DNA from: an uncultured Gammaproteobacteria bacterium
GTDB taxonomy: Bacteria > Patescibacteriota > Microgenomatia > Daviesbacterales > UBA10151
Assembly (NCBI GenBank): GCA_964551605.1
Contig: CAZKCV010000005.1
Span: 7,104 to 71,103, forward strand
Direction of reading: 5' to 3'
Length of the DNA: 64,000 nucleotides
The notes beneath the pieces are model-generated. The model saw only the letters and a program-made list of their open reading frames with translations, made no database searches and was not told where the DNA came from. Positions 10,666 through 19,527 of this stretch are shown here, one piece after another. The position numbers and the translations under genes are program-made. Numbering within the stretch: position 1 is the stretch's first letter; each line of letters starts with the position of its first letter.

Positions 10666-12510
10666 TTATTTTAACACAATTTGTGCCCTAATCCGCCTGA
10701 TTCCCGAGGAGACTGCTTCTTCTTTAGTAATCTTAATTTTACCAATGACTGCGGTACGTTCAACGTGTGGCCCGCCGCAAACTTCCAGAGAATAATAACC
10801 GCCCCGCTCCCGCTGGTCCTTTGCGCTGGAGTCTAAATGATAATCAGGCCCAATTCCGTAAATACTTATTTCCGTACCATATTTTTCGTCAAACAACCCA
10901 ATAGCGCCCATACTTTTGGCCTCAGCCGGACTGACAATTTTCTTGTCTACTTTTAAATCTTCCTCAATTTTTTTATTTACCAAATCTTCAGTTTGTTTAA
11001 TTTCTTCATCTGTCAGTTTTCGACCAAAAGAAAAATCAAACCTGAGTCTCTCAGCAGTTATATTAGATCCCTTCTGAAAAACTTCCGGCCCCAGCACATC
11101 CCGCAGCGCCTGGTGCAGAAGATGGGTCGCTGTATGGTATTTGGTAACTACCTCACTCTGATCAGCCAATCCCCCTTTAAATATTCCCGCAGAAGCAGTC
11201 CGGGAGAGTTCTTTATGTTTTTCAAATTCTGCTTTAAATTGTTCCCTATCAATCTCCTGCCCTTTTTGCCTAAACAACTCTTCCGTCACCTCAAAAGGAA
11301 AACCAAAAGTTTGGTACAAATCAAAAGCTGCTTTACCGTCAATTTTTTCAATTTTGGCAATTTCCTTCAAACCATTATCTAATGTCTTGGAAAACCGATC
11401 CATTTCCCCTTCAATTTCTAATTTAATTTTCTCCTTCAGTGAAATATCTAATAACCCTGTATCTGAATAAGTATCAATTACACTCTCACTTACTTTTGCT
11501 AAATCTTTTAGATCTTTTACAGTAAAACACTCATCGATTTTCAATCTGACTGCTGATCTGCGCAGTAACCTCCTTAGGACATATCCTTGTAGCTTGTTTG
11601 ATGGTGTAACACCGTTAGCCATCAAAAACGTTACTGCTCTTATATGATCTGTAATTATTCTAAAATCATCATTAACTACCGGGTCCTGGTAACTTCGTCC
11701 GGTAATATTTCCAATACTAGCAGTTATTTTCTCAAATAAATCAGATTCAAAGAGATCGGGATTGTTGTTTACGGCAGCAGTAATCCGTTCCAATCCACCT
11801 CCAAAGTCAACATTTTTCTGGGGCAATTCTTCCAATCTTCCATCTGTCTTTTTACGATATTGGATAAAAACTGAATTACCGATTTCTAAGAATCTTCCGC
11901 ATTCACAATTTGGGTGACATTTTTCTCCGTAATTTGAATCATGTTCAACTTGAGTAAATTCAAAAAATATTTCACTGTCCGGCCCACCAATTTCTTCTGT
12001 CGGCATTTTTTCCGGACTCCCCGACCTTGACCACCAATTTTTGTCCACCCCGTAAAAGTGGATATGATCTTCCGACACTCCTAAATCTCTCCAAATCTCA
12101 TATGATTCCACATCCTTCGGCACATCCTCATTTCCTTTAAAAACAGAGACATATAATTTTTCTTTTGGCAGACCTAATTCTTTTATTAAAAACTCCCAAA
12201 TCCAAGGAAGTTGCTCCTTCTTAAAATAATCTCCCAAAGACCAATTACCCAACATTTCAAAAAAAGTGGTATGGCGATTATCACCCACTTCTTCAATGTC
12301 TTCTGCCCGGAAGGAGGGCTGAGAATTTACTAATCTTTTACCGACCGGATGGGATTGACCTAACAAATAGGGAACTAACGGCTGCATACCGGAAGAGGTA
12401 AAAAGGGTAGAAGGATCATTTTCCGGCACCAACTTAGCAGGCGCAATCTCCTTATGCCCTTTATCCACAAAAAATTTAATATATTTTTCCCTAATCTGCT
12501 TGGATGTCAT
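10666..12510 (-). CDS. alaS: Alanine--tRNA ligase (short form lacking the C-terminal oligomerisation domain)
   Basis: Class II core motifs FTSSGMQP and RHTTFFEMLGNWSLGDYFK. Editing-domain motifs HTATHLLHQALRDVLG and CGGPHV are present. Confidence 0.9.
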   Translation of the reverse strand: MTSKQIREKYIKFFVDKGHKEIAPAKLVPENDPSTLFTSSGMQPLVPYLLGQSHPVGKRLVNSQPSFRAEDIEEVGDNRHTTFFEMLGNWSLGDYFKKEQLPWIWEFLIKELGLPKEKLYVSVFKGNEDVPKDVESYEIWRDLGVSEDHIHFYGVDKNWWSRSGSPEKMPTEEIGGPDSEIFFEFTQVEHDSNYGEKCHPNCECGRFLEIGNSVFIQYRKKTDGRLEELPQKNVDFGGGLERITAAVNNNPDLFESDLFEKITASIGNITGRSYQDPVVNDDFRIITDHIRAVTFLMANGVTPSNKLQGYVLRRLLRRSAVRLKIDECFTVKDLKDLAKVSESVIDTYSDTGLLDISLKEKIKLEIEGEMDRFSKTLDNGLKEIAKIEKIDGKAAFDLYQTFGFPFEVTEELFRQKGQEIDREQFKAEFEKHKELSRTASAGIFKGGLADQSEVVTKYHTATHLLHQALRDVLGPEVFQKGSNITAERLRFDFSFGRKLTDEEIKQTEDLVNKKIEEDLKVDKKIVSPAEAKSMGAIGLFDEKYGTEISIYGIGPDYHLDSSAKDQRERGGYYSLEVCGGPHVERTAVIGKIKITKEEAVSSGIRRIRAQIVLK

Positions 12511-12574
12511 GAAGCCATTTTAACACTTATCGCCCTCTGAACGAAATTCAATATCATACCCTACAAAACATGCA

Positions 12575-12625
12575 ACGATCGTGGAATTTTTTGTAGTCGT
12601 AACACTAACGAAATGCTACGATCGT
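12575..12625. repeat. Two copies of the palindromic octamer ACGATCGT, 43 bp apart, in the alaS upstream intergenic region
   Basis: caACGATCGTggaatttttt ... ctACGATCGTtttggaaa. The same core recurs at 21226-21235 and inside the 14-bp palindrome at 34637-34650. Confidence 0.8.
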
Positions 12626-12651
12626 TTTGGAAACTCGTTTGAAAGCGAAGC

Positions 12652-12942
12652 TTACAAACTGCGTTTATAGAAGCGTTTGGGTTTTGGCTTAATTATTTTA
12701 CGGAGTATATTAGCTGCTCCGGCCGCTACTCCGGTTTCAGCAACAGTAACTAACTTACTGGCTACTGCCACCGGCTTCTCAATATCTTCGGCTATATTTT
12801 CCCCCATCTGCAAAATAGTATTAAACTTATCCAAAGCTTTTTTTAAATCCCGCAAGATAAAGAATACTTGAATTCCGGTGATGGCCAAAAAAATGGAGAG
12901 AAGAAGTATTAAGAATATTAGAGCTATTTGTAAAAAGTCCAT
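12652..12942 (-). CDS. Small membrane protein (N-terminal TM + coiled region; DUF948-like), hypothetical
   Basis: 96 aa with an N-terminal hydrophobic helix LIFLILLLSIFLAITGIQVFFIL. Confidence 0.4.
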   Translation of the reverse strand: MDFLQIALIFLILLLSIFLAITGIQVFFILRDLKKALDKFNTILQMGENIAEDIEKPVAVASKLVTVAETGVAAGAANILRKIIKPKPKRFYKRSL

Positions 12943-12975
12943 GGGTTCTCAATATATCATAGCGCCATCACTCTG

Positions 12976-13635
12976 TCATTTCTGCCTTAAAAAAACTGTT
13001 CTTTCAACTTTAGTCACCTGGCCGCTTTTTGAAACTGCAGTTATCTCAATGGTATTAATATCGTCAGACAATTTAATTTCCTGGGAAAACTTACCGGAAG
13101 GGTCTACCCCGATTTCCTGATTGTTAATGCTTAACTTTGCTTCAGGATCAGTCCTACCTTCAACAGAAACTACCGGGGAACTGGTACTAAACTGGTTAAC
13201 CGGTTCTTTTACCTCTAAGAACGGACCACCTACTAAAAACCTGTATTCAAACCAGAGGTAAACAAAAAAGCTTATGATTAAAATAAGAATAACTCCTCCC
13301 AAAGCCCTTGAGGGGGTTAACCTGAATTTTTTTTTATCAACCGGATTGCTGAAAGTTTCCAAAACCCTGGGCGGGTGCTTGCCTTCAGAAAATTCCCGCC
13401 TAAATATCGCCAAAAGCTTCTCAGTATCTAATTTTAAGAATCTGCCGTAATTTTTAATAAATCCCTGAATAAAGGTAGGCGGAGGCAGCTTAGCATATTG
13501 CCCTGCTTCCAATGCTTCTAAAAGTTCTTTTCTGATTTTGGTAGCCTTTTCGATTTCCTCTAAAGATAAAAGCCTTTTTTCCCTTTCTTCTTTCAGGATC
13601 TGTCCGACCGTCCGCATATTAAGGAATTTTACCAA
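12976..13635 (-). CDS. RodZ-like cytoskeleton protein (N-terminal HTH, single TM, C-terminal domain)
   Basis: XRE-type HTH (RTVGQILKEEREKRLLSLEEIEKATKIRKELLEALE), followed by the TM segment GGVILILIISFFVYLWF. Confidence 0.55.
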   Translation of the reverse strand: MVKFLNMRTVGQILKEEREKRLLSLEEIEKATKIRKELLEALEAGQYAKLPPPTFIQGFIKNYGRFLKLDTEKLLAIFRREFSEGKHPPRVLETFSNPVDKKKFRLTPSRALGGVILILIISFFVYLWFEYRFLVGGPFLEVKEPVNQFSTSSPVVSVEGRTDPEAKLSINNQEIGVDPSGKFSQEIKLSDDINTIEITAVSKSGQVTKVERTVFLRQK

Positions 13636-13680
13636 AATGCCCAGTTGACATAAAGGAGCTAACTTCTTAAGATACAGCTA

Positions 13681-14265
13681 ATGTCCGGTCAACCTCTACA
13701 AACAGATACCTCTCTTCCGCCTCCCAGTGGCGATACCGAGAAGGCAGATAAATACCTTGCGCAACTTATTGAATTAATTAATGAAGATAAACTAATAGTT
13801 TCTCACACTGACCTTTCTAAATTCGACCCCACCTCGCTACAGGATCACTACCGGCTGGACTTAAAAGACTACGAGGTAGAAGTAAGTCATAATAAACAGG
13901 CAAATACCGGCAAGGATTCGTACATTATTTTATTTAATAACTTAAAATCCCTAAATGAAAAGTGCACGGAAAAAGTCATCTTAGCCTACCTTTATCTAAC
14001 AGCTGATCAATTTGCCAAATTTAAGACTATTGCGGATGATCAGATTGAAAGGAAAAGAAAAGAAGCGGAAGAAAAAAGATTCAAAGAAGCCATGGCTCCT
14101 GTTGACCAGGCCCTTGAACAACTAACCGCTTCCAGCCCGGCTGTAACCATAGAGGAAGATACTGACAACCTGGCAGAAACACCAAGCCCAAATGAGCAAC
14201 AAACTCCCCTTAATTCTCAAGTAGCTCCGCTTGATGATACTCCGTCTGCTTTCGCTGTCTCTTAA
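13681..14265 (+). CDS. Hypothetical protein (the only plus-strand gene inside the long minus-strand block)
   Basis: 194-aa ORF with a low-complexity C-terminus and no recognisable motif. Confidence 0.4.
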   Translation: MSGQPLQTDTSLPPPSGDTEKADKYLAQLIELINEDKLIVSHTDLSKFDPTSLQDHYRLDLKDYEVEVSHNKQANTGKDSYIILFNNLKSLNEKCTEKVILAYLYLTADQFAKFKTIADDQIERKRKEAEEKRFKEAMAPVDQALEQLTASSPAVTIEEDTDNLAETPSPNEQQTPLNSQVAPLDDTPSAFAVS

Positions 14266-14270
14266 CCATT

Positions 14271-14834
14271 TCAAGAGACTGAAAAACTACCCTGGCGCAG
14301 CACTATTCTTGAACCGTCCTCATACAACCGGATAATGGTTGAGGGTTTTGATTTTAACTTCCCCCCATCTTCATAAAAGCTGACCTGGCTACCAAAGTAT
14401 TTTTTAGCTTCTGCTAGGGCTTCTGCTGGTTTACTTCCTGCCGGATTAGCAGATGGGGCCACCACAGGGCCTACTTCCTTAAGCAGTTCCAATAATTTTT
14501 CATCTTGCGGCATTCGAAATGCCAAAGAGTTTTTACCTCTGTGAAGATATTTAAATTTCTCATTATTTACTGCTAAAATAACACTTAAGGGATTCGGCCA
14601 ATTTTTTTCTAGAAATTCCTTTTGTTCTTTGGTTAAGGAAACTTCGAACCTTTCCAGGTCATCGACAGAGGATATCAAAATAATAAAGGGCTTACCTTTT
14701 TCCCTTTTCCGCAAAGCATAGATTTCTTCCACAGTTTCCGGGTTTAAGGCAGATCCGACAATGCCGTAGATAGTATCCGTCGGCATCACCCCGATTTTAC
14801 CAGCCTTTAATAATTGAATGACTTGGTTTTCCAC
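14271..14834 (-). CDS. tsaC: L-threonylcarbamoyladenylate synthase TsaC/YrdC
   Basis: YrdC signature MPTDTIYGIVGSA and the PSANPAG motif. GTG start. Confidence 0.8.
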   Translation of the reverse strand: MENQVIQLLKAGKIGVMPTDTIYGIVGSALNPETVEEIYALRKREKGKPFIILISSVDDLERFEVSLTKEQKEFLEKNWPNPLSVILAVNNEKFKYLHRGKNSLAFRMPQDEKLLELLKEVGPVVAPSANPAGSKPAEALAEAKKYFGSQVSFYEDGGKLKSKPSTIIRLYEDGSRIVLRQGSFSVS

Positions 14835-14861
14835 CTGCCCATTGTACCATGCCTATCTCTG

Positions 14862-14939
14862 CTTCCACCTCGGAGGTGGAAGTGTAGCTACACCTCGGTA
14901 TGTCCACCCTTGAGGTGGATTCATATTGACACCTGCGGA
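14862..14939. repeat. Copy 1 of a ~80-bp dispersed repeat with nested perfect palindromes (CTTCCACCTC-G-GAGGTGGAAG, then GTGTAGCTACAC)
   Basis: A 40-nt stretch (cttccacctcggaggtggaagtgtagctacacctcggtat) is identical to 25424-25463. The rest, ending ...ccttgRggKgatt...tattgacaSctgcgga, is ~85% identical. Confidence 0.85.
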
Positions 14940-14972
14940 TATGGAAATACTGTTGAGTCTATATCCATTATC

Positions 14973-14993
14973 TTCACGGCCGTGAACATTTTG
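14973..14993. repeat. 14-bp perfect palindrome TTCACGGCCGTGAA followed by CATTTTG (repeat family shared with 34637-34657)
   Basis: tcttcacggccgtgaacattttg here versus tcttcacgatcgtgaacattttg at 34635. Both lie at the 3' end of a convergent gene; they may be a terminator or an operator. Confidence 0.6.
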
Positions 14994-15024
14994 TCAGAAT
15001 TATAACTTGCTACGTTGGAAAATA

Positions 15025-15618
15025 CTACCTAACTCTGCAAAGCACAAACTCACCAAGTCTGATTTGCTTAAGGATGCCTCCAATCTTTTCGTAATCACCC
15101 ACTTCAAGAGCCATTGGTTTTGTTGATGCCTCTTCGCTTGGCATAAAATTTAGTCTTGGATAACAATACACACCTGTCCTGATTTTCTCTGCTTCATCGT
15201 CATCAAGAATATCATACTTGATTATCTGCCCGACCTTCATCGCTTGACCATATTCATTAAAAAAGTATTTCTCCTCTATCACATAGACATCACCATTAGA
15301 AGCGATGAATTCAACAGGTAAAACTCCCAATGGGGTAATTACTTGTCTCCCGCTTGCACCGTTTGAGTGATCAAAATTTCCTATCGCAAAAGCAGGTAAC
15401 CTCAAAATATCAGTTATACCTGGGTAATCATCACTGGGTTCATCTATGAGAAGTCTTATGTCCACATTCTCATGATATGGACCAGAAACACGTTTAAACA
15501 CAACTGTATCAATAACATCAGACCTTCCTTTTGCTGCTTCTTGAAAGACTAAGTGAATCTGTTTTGCCAAATCACTATTTTCTTTCACAAATCTATCAAA
15601 TCCAACTTCTTTTTCCAT
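15025..15618 (-). CDS. Hypothetical protein
   Basis: 197-aa ORF with a 2-bp gap to ftsK upstream and no recognisable motif. Confidence 0.45.
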   Translation of the reverse strand: MEKEVGFDRFVKENSDLAKQIHLVFQEAAKGRSDVIDTVVFKRVSGPYHENVDIRLLIDEPSDDYPGITDILRLPAFAIGNFDHSNGASGRQVITPLGVLPVEFIASNGDVYVIEEKYFFNEYGQAMKVGQIIKYDILDDDEAEKIRTGVYCYPRLNFMPSEEASTKPMALEVGDYEKIGGILKQIRLGEFVLCRVR

Positions 15619-15620
15619 AC

Positions 15621-17717
15621 CTATTCACCATCTGAACCACTATTTTGGCTAGCAAAATAGTCATCGGCATTTCTGACTAATACATCCCGGGGTTTGGAAC
15701 CGTCTCCCGGGCCGATGATACCGGCCATTTCCAGCTCATCAATAATCCTGGCTGCCCTGGCATAACCCACCTTTAATCTTCTTTGGAGAAGTGATGCCGA
15801 AGCACGGTCATATTGACAAACAGTCCTGACTGCTTCCTCAAACAAATCATCCCGCTCCCCCGAATCCCTTCCTCCTAATCTGCCCAGTGGCATCTCCGTC
15901 ACCTCAGCCGTATATTGCGGAGCAATGCCGGTATCTTTTAAGTATTTTATAAGATTATTAATCTCGCTATCCTGTACAAACACTCCCTGAATACGCATCG
16001 GTTTGGAAGCATCTGGCGGCAAAAATAACATGTCTCCCCGACCCAATAGCTTTTCTGCTCCCGGCCCATCTAAGATCACTCTGGAATCAATCATGGAAGA
16101 AACATTAAAGGCAATCCTACAGGGGATATTAGCTTTAATTAAACCGGTAATCACATCTACTGATGGCCGCTGAGTTGCCACCACTAAATGAAGTCCTGTT
16201 GCCCGGGCTAACTGGGCAATTCTGGTAATGGCATCTTCTATTTCCACCGGCGCAAACATCATCAAATCTGCCAGTTCATCTATCACAATCACAATATAAG
16301 GTAGGGCCTGAAAACCTGACATCTCATTGTAACCGGTGATATTTCTTACTCCTACTGACTGGAATAACTTATAACGCCTGTCCATTTCTGCCATCGCCCA
16401 TTTCAGTGAAGATAAAATCTTTTCCGGTTCGGTAATTACAGGTGTCAATAGGTGGGGGATACCATTATAGTTAGTTAACTCCACTCTTTTCGGGTCGATT
16501 AAAATTAATTTAAGCTCATCAGGGGAGTTACGGAAAAGCAAAGATGTAATAAAAGCATTAAGCATGATGGATTTTCCGGAACCGGTAGTTCCGGCAATTA
16601 AACAATGCGGCATTTTATCAAGATCTACCACCATAGGCTTAGAGGAGGTATCCCGGCCCAAAGCCACCGCCAGTTTTGACTTATGCTTCTGTATCTCTTC
16701 AGATGCCAGAACCTGCTTCAGTCCCACAATTTCCAAAGACCGGTTTGGCACTTCAATACCCACCAAAGATTTGCCGGGGATAGGCGCCTCAATCCTGACA
16801 GTTCCGGTAGGAGTAGCTAAAGCTAAAGCAATATCATGTTGTAAATTGGCAATTTTGGAAATCTTAGTACCGGCGGAAATCCGCAGGGCATATTGGGTAA
16901 CTGCCGGGCCGCCGTTTACCTCTGCCACACCGGCCTGAATACCAAACGAATCCAGTGTTTTTTCAATAATATCGGCATTCTTTTTGACATCACCCCGCTC
17001 TGCAGCAGCACCGACTTTATCAGATAATAAATTAGCCGGCGGATATTTCCAAACTTTACTTTGCCCGGCTACGTTTTGCACTAACACATCAGCAATGACC
17101 GGTTCTTTATGCTGCTGCGGCTGGGCCTTGGAGGCCGGCCTATCATCAACTCCAGAAACTTTAATCGGAATATGCTTTGCCTCAAAAGTTCGCTGCCTGT
17201 TGAAAAGCGGCCTAAGCAATTTCTGCAATAAACTAAATAACCCTACAAAGATACTAAAAATCTGCTGCAGTGAGGTATTAAAAAGTACCACCAACCCTAC
17301 TAAAAAGATCAACAACAGTAAAGCCATTGCACCTAAAGGAGTAACAAATGAGGCTAACTGCACCCATAAAGTTTGTCCAATCAGCCCGCCATTTTCCAGC
17401 TTAACGGCGGCTATTAAAGAAGCAGCAGCCAGCACCAATAAAATAAATCCCAGCAAGACATTTGTTTGGGCAACTCTCCATTTAGCCTTGGTCAAAACCA
17501 TTCCGGACAAGAAAAATATTACCGGCGAAGCAAATCGCATAACCCCTAAATAATTGCCCAATAAATCTCTCCAAAAAGACAAGGTCGGAGAAGAGGTAGA
17601 GATGGCTACGGCAGATAAAACAGCTAGGATAAAAGCAACTAATGTACCAACAGCGGTAATGGTTTTGGACTTTAGCTTAAATTTAGGTAACTTATAAATA
17701 GATCTTCTTCTAGCCAT
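15621..17717 (-). CDS. ftsK: DNA translocase FtsK/SpoIIIE
   Basis: N-terminal polytopic membrane domain, Walker A LIAGTTGSGKSIMLN, FtsK-alpha/beta motor motifs and a C-terminal winged-helix gamma domain (LLQRRLKVGYARAARIIDELE). Confidence 0.9.
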   Translation of the reverse strand: MARRRSIYKLPKFKLKSKTITAVGTLVAFILAVLSAVAISTSSPTLSFWRDLLGNYLGVMRFASPVIFFLSGMVLTKAKWRVAQTNVLLGFILLVLAAASLIAAVKLENGGLIGQTLWVQLASFVTPLGAMALLLLIFLVGLVVLFNTSLQQIFSIFVGLFSLLQKLLRPLFNRQRTFEAKHIPIKVSGVDDRPASKAQPQQHKEPVIADVLVQNVAGQSKVWKYPPANLLSDKVGAAAERGDVKKNADIIEKTLDSFGIQAGVAEVNGGPAVTQYALRISAGTKISKIANLQHDIALALATPTGTVRIEAPIPGKSLVGIEVPNRSLEIVGLKQVLASEEIQKHKSKLAVALGRDTSSKPMVVDLDKMPHCLIAGTTGSGKSIMLNAFITSLLFRNSPDELKLILIDPKRVELTNYNGIPHLLTPVITEPEKILSSLKWAMAEMDRRYKLFQSVGVRNITGYNEMSGFQALPYIVIVIDELADLMMFAPVEIEDAITRIAQLARATGLHLVVATQRPSVDVITGLIKANIPCRIAFNVSSMIDSRVILDGPGAEKLLGRGDMLFLPPDASKPMRIQGVFVQDSEINNLIKYLKDTGIAPQYTAEVTEMPLGRLGGRDSGERDDLFEEAVRTVCQYDRASASLLQRRLKVGYARAARIIDELEMAGIIGPGDGSKPRDVLVRNADDYFASQNSGSDGE

Positions 17718-17750
17718 AACTTAATTATACCATATTGCACTATGGGTTAC

Positions 17751-19445
17751 TTAAACCTCTACCACTACTGATAAGATTAGCGGTCGACGTTCCGTGACCC
17801 GATAAAAAAATTTATCTAAGGAGTCTTCAATAATCCTTCTGATAAAGCGCCAGTCAGAAGCTTTATGGGTATGTTGTTGTAAAGCTTCTTTCACTACCGC
17901 CTTGGCCTCGGTTAAAAGCTCTTTTGCCATTTCTTCAAATACAAACCCCCGGGAAATAATATCCACCTCAGAAACCAGCTGCCGCGTCTGTTGGTCTACT
18001 GACACTACCACCACCACTACCCCTTCCTCACTCATTTTTTGCCTGTCCCGCAGCACCACATGTCCGATATCACCAATCCCCAACCCATCCACATAGACAT
18101 TTTGCACATCAACTCTACCGGCAAGTTTTATGTCTTCACCTTTGATCTCTAAAATATCTCCGTCTTCTATCTGCAGAACCTGCTTTTTATCATAACCCAT
18201 ATCTACAGCCATTTTTGAGAACGCCTCCATGTGCCTGAAAGTTCCCCCGATGGGAAACAAGGATTTGGGTTTTATTAAATTAACCATTAATCGAAGTTCC
18301 TCCAGTGCGGCGTGGCCGGAGACATGCAAATCAGAAGCCACCGCTGAATAGTAGACATTAAGTCCCAATCTTGACAGTGAATCAATTAAAGCGCTCTGGG
18401 CAGATTCGGTCGACGGGATGGGATCAGCGGAAAACACCACGCTATCCCCTTCTTTTAGTTTAACCTGCTTGTGTTCTTCGTTAGCTGCCCTCGATAATGA
18501 TGAGTCAGATTGACCCTGGGCACCGGCGATTAAAATTAAGAGCTTCTGGGGCGGGAATGTTTGAATTGCCTCAGGCGCAACTATAATTCCGGGCGGGACT
18601 GACAGATAGCCTAAATCCCTGGCCACCTGGAAGTTATTTTCAAAAGACCGACCCACTATTGTCACTTTCCTGCCTTGTCCGGCAGCCACATTAATTGCCT
18701 GTTGCATCCGGGAGACATTCGATGAAGTCATAGTAATCAATAGTTTCCCCGAAGTTTCCTGGGCGGCTTTTTCAAAAGAGTCCTCAATAGATTTTTCTGA
18801 TTTATTAAAACCGGGTTTATCCACCCGCAAACAATCAATTAATAACAACCGCACCCCTTCACTGCCCAAACTTGCTGCTGCACCAACATCAGTCACCTGG
18901 CCGGAGACCGGCGTCCAGTCAATCTTAAAATCAGCCTGGTGAATGACAGTTCCCTGAGGTGTTTTTATCACTATGCCGGTCGAATCAGGCACTGAATGGG
19001 AAACCTGGTAAAAGGAAATCTTAAAGCAACCCAAATCTAACTTCTGATCAATTTTAGTTTCAATGATTTTATCTTTAGGCAGGTTATGCTCAGTAAATTT
19101 TGCCCGGATAAAACCGGCTGTCAGTCTTTGGGTATAAATCGGAGCCTGGATCTCCGGCCAGATATAGGGGAGACTGCCGATGTGATCCTCATGACCGTGA
19201 GTGATAATAATACCTCTGATTTTATTGATTTTATCCCGCAGGTAGGTGATGTCAGGAATCACCAAATCCACTCCTGGCATCGCCTCATCCGGAAAGCCAA
19301 CTCCGCAATCAATAATAATAATGTCATTGCCGCACTCATAAACATACATGTTCTTAGTCACATCACCAACGCCGCCTAAGGGAATAATCCTGAGCGGTTG
19401 ATTTTTATTCAGTTGCGGTATAAATCTTGGCTTAAACGATTTCAT
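17751..19445 (-). CDS. rnj: Ribonuclease J (metallo-beta-lactamase / beta-CASP)
   Basis: HGHEDHIG zinc motif, beta-CASP region and C-terminal domain. 564 aa. Confidence 0.85.
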   Translation of the reverse strand: MKSFKPRFIPQLNKNQPLRIIPLGGVGDVTKNMYVYECGNDIIIIDCGVGFPDEAMPGVDLVIPDITYLRDKINKIRGIIITHGHEDHIGSLPYIWPEIQAPIYTQRLTAGFIRAKFTEHNLPKDKIIETKIDQKLDLGCFKISFYQVSHSVPDSTGIVIKTPQGTVIHQADFKIDWTPVSGQVTDVGAAASLGSEGVRLLLIDCLRVDKPGFNKSEKSIEDSFEKAAQETSGKLLITMTSSNVSRMQQAINVAAGQGRKVTIVGRSFENNFQVARDLGYLSVPPGIIVAPEAIQTFPPQKLLILIAGAQGQSDSSLSRAANEEHKQVKLKEGDSVVFSADPIPSTESAQSALIDSLSRLGLNVYYSAVASDLHVSGHAALEELRLMVNLIKPKSLFPIGGTFRHMEAFSKMAVDMGYDKKQVLQIEDGDILEIKGEDIKLAGRVDVQNVYVDGLGIGDIGHVVLRDRQKMSEEGVVVVVVSVDQQTRQLVSEVDIISRGFVFEEMAKELLTEAKAVVKEALQQHTHKASDWRFIRRIIEDSLDKFFYRVTERRPLILSVVVEV

Positions 19446-19527
19446 AACTTCTTTGTATCATGTATCAGGTATTATGTATAAAGGTTAATGCTACTTTCCC
19501 ACTATACTCTATACACTATACTTGATA

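Noticed and set aside
14814-15005. 63-aa ORF spanning the 80-bp palindromic repeat copy 1
   Set aside because: It is composed of the repeat itself; the second repeat copy has no equivalent ORF.
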